Below are positions 60,756-64,000 of a DNA stretch of 64,000 nucleotides, piece by piece (position 1 is the stretch's first letter; each line of letters opens with the position of its first letter). The notes beneath the pieces are model-generated. The model did no database searches, had not been told where the DNA came from, and was given only the letters and a program-made list of their open reading frames with translations. The stretch is taken from assembly GCA_964609895.1 (NCBI GenBank), contig CAZSTG010000005.1:6998-70997 (forward strand), given 5' to 3'. The stretch is from an uncultured Gammaproteobacteria bacterium. GTDB taxonomy: Bacteria; Patescibacteriota; Microgenomatia; UBA10105; UBA927. The translations under genes and the position numbers were made by a program.

Positions 60756-61489
60756 ATGGTTCCTTTCTTCATTTTTTCCGCTACCTGATTGTTTGCGCGC
60801 AAAAGCTCATCATACGACGTTCCCGCATCCACCCACCAGTCAATGATCTCACAAGTCAATTTTCCGTCACGAAGATACATGTTATTCAGATCCGTCACTT
60901 CCAGTTCACCCCGTGCAGAAGGCGATAGCTGCTTGATGTAGTCAAACACTTTATTGTCGTACATGTAAATACCGGTTTGCGCAATATCGGATTTCGGCGC
61001 AGACGGTTTTTCTTCTATGGACAACACGTTTCCTTTATCATCCACTTCAATAACACCATATTGTTTTGCATCCATGTGCATATGGATACCAAACACTTTT
61101 GCGCCTGTTTTTTGCTTTTCAAACGCCTCGACCGCCGGACGGAGATTATAGTCAAATATGTTATCGCCGAGAATAACCATAAGCGGCTCATCATGGGTAA
61201 ACTCTTCAGCAAGCGCAATCGCGTCGGCGATTCCCCCTTTAGGGTTATTCTGCACGCCGTAATACAGACGCATGCCGAATTCTTCACCGGATGTCAGGAG
61301 ATTGGCAAACTGTGCGATCGATTCCCCGCCTGTAGTAAGCAGTACTTCTTTCACACCTGCCCGTTGCATGGCTTCTATCGGATAGTAAATCATCGGTTTG
61401 TTATATACCGGCAACAAATGCTTGTTTGTCACAAGCGTCAACGGACGAAGTCGGGTTGCCAAACCTCCAGCTAATATTAATCCCTGCAT
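60752..61489 (-). CDS. rmlA: Glucose-1-phosphate thymidylyltransferase (short RmlA/SpsI type)
   Basis: LAGG.ATRL.PLT...NKHLLPVYNKPMIYYP, Q..P.G.A.A, LGDN, EEKP..PKS, SARGELEVTD, W.DAGT. SD AAGGAG upstream. Confidence 0.93.
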   Translation of the reverse strand: MQGLILAGGLATRLRPLTLVTNKHLLPVYNKPMIYYPIEAMQRAGVKEVLLTTGGESIAQFANLLTSGEEFGMRLYYGVQNNPKGGIADAIALAEEFTHDEPLMVILGDNIFDYNLRPAVEAFEKQKTGAKVFGIHMHMDAKQYGVIEVDDKGNVLSIEEKPSAPKSDIAQTGIYMYDNKVFDYIKQLSPSARGELEVTDLNNMYLRDGKLTCEIIDWWVDAGTSYDELLRANNQVAEKMKKGTI

Positions 61490-61531
61490 ATGTACCGCTC
61501 CTTTCCCTCTAATGAAATACTGTTGTTTGTA

Positions 61532-61780
61532 TTACGTCCACAATATTGTCAGTAGCAATACCACTGCGATTGCACCGACAAGACAATATTCTATCACAAC
61601 TTTCGGATGGAGATCTTCTTCGAGACTATGATAGATAATTCCCCAAATGACGTATGAGACTGCCGTAGCGACACCGATATACATCTGCATCACCTTATCG
61701 TTTGCGGCTCCCCAAAACGTCCACACGCCTGTTATCAGAATAATCAAAAGCACTATGTAATTGACATGCGTTAATTTCAT
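61532..61780 (-). CDS. Small 3-TM membrane protein of unknown function
   Basis: 82 aa with three hydrophobic helices and a Y..WG..H....L.P.V..EY motif. Its start overlaps the CAP gene stop (ATGA). Confidence 0.7.
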   Translation of the reverse strand: MKLTHVNYIVLLIILITGVWTFWGAANDKVMQMYIGVATAVSYVIWGIIYHSLEEDLHPKVVIEYCLVGAIAVVLLLTILWT

Positions 61781-62751
61781 AACAATACTCCGCGTCTTAC
61801 AATGGTAAGCGCGATAAAAAAGGCCGTGAAAAACAGGATGTGCGCCATATTGTGTCCTGCAACACGGGCAATTCTTTTTTTGGAAACAATGATGCCATCG
61901 ATGACGAGAATTCCAATCAAGAGACCCATAAATAAAAATGCCACGTCGCGGGTCAGTGTGGGAATGTTGATCATCGGCTTTTCCGACACGCTGGAAAACA
62001 TGGTGGACAACACATCAAGAACCGGTGTCGGCTTCGCGGCGGATACAGGAACAATACTTACAGGTGGAACAACCTGCTCTTCAATCTCTCTTTTGGTCTG
62101 TTCTCCAAGCTGTGTGGATTCCGGAGCAACTTCCACAACTGCGGCCTGTTCTGGTACCACCGTTTTCGCAGGCTCACGGAGCGCCAGAGCTTCGCTCGCC
62201 CCGAACATCTGCACAACTAGCGTCGTTTCTTCCCCGTTTAAGACACCATTCACGATGGCAAATCCTATATCCTGATATGCGGGTTTTATAATATTGTCCC
62301 GATGCGTCGGTGAAGCCATCCATGCATCAATAACTCCCTGACTTGTGGAAAAATTTTTCGCCAGATTTTCTCCTGCTACCGTGTAGGTATATCCCGCCTG
62401 CTGGATAAACGTCCATGGCGTTTTCCCTTCAGGACTGTTATGAGCCCAATAGTCGTTGGCGAACATATCCTGTGCTTTCAGCGCCGCTGCTTGAGACAGC
62501 GTTACATTATACGTCAAGGGAGATAATCCCAACTCTTGCCTTTTGGCATTTGTTCCGCCGAGCAGCTGGTCAACCCGAATGTCTGTCGCATAACCAAGCA
62601 CGTTTGGAAATTCCCGATGCATAATACGGACGCCAAAATTGAAAATTGCAAAAATAAGGACATAACAGAGCATGGAATCAAGGTGTAATGCTTTTGCCCT
62701 GTGATTATTGGAAAGATACGGAACAAAAAAATGACGCAGGAAACGCTCCAT
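61777..62751 (-). CDS. Membrane-anchored CAP (SCP/PR-1) domain protein
   Basis: N-terminal TM, N..R...GL..L, AA..KA.DM....YWAH, GY.Y..AGENLA, WM.SPTHR.NI, IG, Pro/Val/Ala/Ser/Thr-rich linker, two C-terminal TM. Confidence 0.88.
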   Translation of the reverse strand: MERFLRHFFVPYLSNNHRAKALHLDSMLCYVLIFAIFNFGVRIMHREFPNVLGYATDIRVDQLLGGTNAKRQELGLSPLTYNVTLSQAAALKAQDMFANDYWAHNSPEGKTPWTFIQQAGYTYTVAGENLAKNFSTSQGVIDAWMASPTHRDNIIKPAYQDIGFAIVNGVLNGEETTLVVQMFGASEALALREPAKTVVPEQAAVVEVAPESTQLGEQTKREIEEQVVPPVSIVPVSAAKPTPVLDVLSTMFSSVSEKPMINIPTLTRDVAFLFMGLLIGILVIDGIIVSKKRIARVAGHNMAHILFFTAFFIALTIVRRGVLL

Positions 62752-62757
62752 ATAAAT

Positions 62758-62765
62758 ATCATACC
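62758..62765 (-). promoter_or_regulatory. Putative -10 box (ggTATGAT) for a leaderless transcript of the CAP gene
   Basis: Minus strand reads ggTATGAT-atttat-ATG (6-nt spacing), with no SD. Confidence 0.5.
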
Positions 62766-62803
62766 TATTTACCCATAAAAATACCAGACATGAAGGCTGT
62801 CAT

Positions 62804-63139
62804 CTACTTCCATTTGTCTTCTTCGTAGGGGATTTCAAGAGATTCGTCTGCAAAAGTGCCGTTCACCGGAATATTAAGCAGATACCCGAGTGTTTTTGCT
62901 ATTGCAACACCGACACGCCGGCCGGTAAATGAGCCATGATCCACGAGCACGGTAATATCCTGTATGTCCGAAAGTGTAACGTCATGCTTTTTGAGCGCTT
63001 CCGCTATATATGGAAGGATTACCTGAGAATGGGAAGTCTTTTCTTCATTTGCAAGCGTTTCCGTGAATCCGTTTCCCGCAATTGTCACCGTAGTTTTTTT
63101 TGTTTCCCGCGGATCAATCGTCAGATGTACTGTTTTCAT
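62804..63139 (-). CDS. tsaB: Truncated TsaB (t6A biosynthesis), N-terminal domain only
   Basis: 111 aa with HSQ.ILP.I, I.V...GSFTG.RVG.A.AK.L...L.IPV. Coupled to tsaC by ATGA. Confidence 0.8.
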   Translation of the reverse strand: MKTVHLTIDPRETKKTTVTIAGNGFTETLANEEKTSHSQVILPYIAEALKKHDVTLSDIQDITVLVDHGSFTGRRVGVAIAKTLGYLLNIPVNGTFADESLEIPYEEDKWK

Positions 63140-63720
63140 AGCAAAACCGCTCCTTGACGGATAATACGATAGGGCGACACAGTACAATCCACAACTGTTG
63201 AAACCTTGCCGACAGGACACACCCCCGGCACAACAAAATCAACCTTGCTTGTCAATTCTGGATTCAAATCCTCCAAACGATATGGGGTAGCCTCCCCATG
63301 CATATTCGCGGATGGTCCGACTATGGGCACTTCCACACCGAAAAGAATCTGTTGCAGCACCTCATGCTTTGGGTGGCGTAAGCCGACAGTTTTACCGCCG
63401 CCGCGGATGGGGGAGTAGATTAATTCTGTTCGGCATGCATCCACAATCGTTAACGCTCCCGGCCAATATGTTTTCATAAGACGTCGTACAATATCTGATG
63501 GTTGCAGATACAAGGGGAGTGCTCTATCCATACCGCCGACCAATACAGGTAGTGCCTGTGTCACGGGTCGTTTCCGAACAGCAAACACCCGATCTACCGC
63601 GTCGGGTTTATCAATACGACAACCAATTCCGAATGCCGTATCCGTCGGAAAAATTATTATTCCGCCGGAATTCAACACGGAAATTGCTCTCTGAATGTAT
63701 TCTGTCTTGTTTTCAGACAT
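63136..63720 (-). CDS. tsaC: L-threonylcarbamoyladenylate synthase (YrdC/TsaC domain only)
   Basis: FPTDT.FG.G, R.RP, WPGALT, G.R.P, PSAN..G, STVVD, R.GA. Confidence 0.9.
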   Translation of the reverse strand: MSENKTEYIQRAISVLNSGGIIIFPTDTAFGIGCRIDKPDAVDRVFAVRKRPVTQALPVLVGGMDRALPLYLQPSDIVRRLMKTYWPGALTIVDACRTELIYSPIRGGGKTVGLRHPKHEVLQQILFGVEVPIVGPSANMHGEATPYRLEDLNPELTSKVDFVVPGVCPVGKVSTVVDCTVSPYRIIRQGAVLL

Positions 63721-64000
63721 ATGTTATTTCTATCCTCCGTTCCTGATCAGCCTTTCCACAGGAAAACCGTATATCCACCCGTTTCTTTGGCAGTAAACTC
63801 CCCAGACGCTCAGCCCATTCGATAAGGACAATATTGCGGCTGTCATCAAAAATTTCCTGCACACCCACATCCTCAATACTTTGCTGCGTATTTATCCGGT
63901 ACAGATCAAGATGGTACAAAAACCGGTCGACAGCTTTCAGCCGATGACGTCGTACAATAATAAAAGTGGGAGAGAGCAGGCGAGAGGTAATACCTAATCC
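63713..64000 (-). CDS. tsaE: tRNA threonylcarbamoyladenosine biosynthesis ATPase TsaE, 5' end off the window
   Basis: Frame is open to the window edge: GLGITSRLLSPTFIIVR...LYHLDLYR...LIEWAERL...R.I. Confidence 0.9.
   Translation of the reverse strand, partial: GLGITSRLLSPTFIIVRRHRLKAVDRFLYHLDLYRINTQQSIEDVGVQEIFDDSRNIVLIEWAERLGSLLPKKRVDIRFSCGKADQERRIEITYV

Noticed and set aside
1-64000. Alternative genetic code 25 (TGA=Gly), used by some CPR lineages
   Set aside because: TGA cleanly ends many full-length genes, including 15 ATGA overlaps, so code 11 fits.
1-64000. tRNA, rRNA, CRISPR array, IS element or DGR
   Set aside because: Intergenic gaps are at most about 66 bp, and I recognised no repeat-spacer pattern, transposase or reverse transcriptase.

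Overview
Almost the whole 64-kb window is one very densely packed surface-glycosylation locus. It has 57 CDS (two truncated by the window edges), 55 on the minus strand, and the largest intergenic gap is about 66 bp. In transcription order (right to left) it holds tsaE-tsaC-mini-tsaB, a membrane-anchored CAP protein, an 82-aa membrane protein, then rmlA-C-B-D, ugd and a GMD/RMD-type SDR. These are followed by about 55 kb encoding 21 polytopic GT-C-like glycosyltransferases (ArnT/PMT-, YfhO-, PTPS_related-, MptB/GT87- and PIG-V-like), 13 GT2 (5 of them polyprenyl-phosphate-sugar synthase-like, one fused to GtrA), 4 GT4, 2 MOP/Wzx flippases, a GDP-mannose 3',5'-epimerase, GDP-L-fucose synthase and a cupin/acetyltransferase/aminotransferase amino-sugar cassette. 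Gene content and style (DUF5667-like gene, truncated TsaB, 15 ATGA overlaps, few Shine-Dalgarno motifs, code 11) suggest a Patescibacteria/Microgenomates genome, which is an inference. I found no RNA genes, CRISPR arrays or mobile elements. The most notable signal is the GT-C expansion with no recognisable initiating transferase, polymerase or ligase, which points to an extracytoplasmic, lipid-donor-driven glycan assembly system of unknown acceptor. All family calls come from motif recognition by eye, not database searches.
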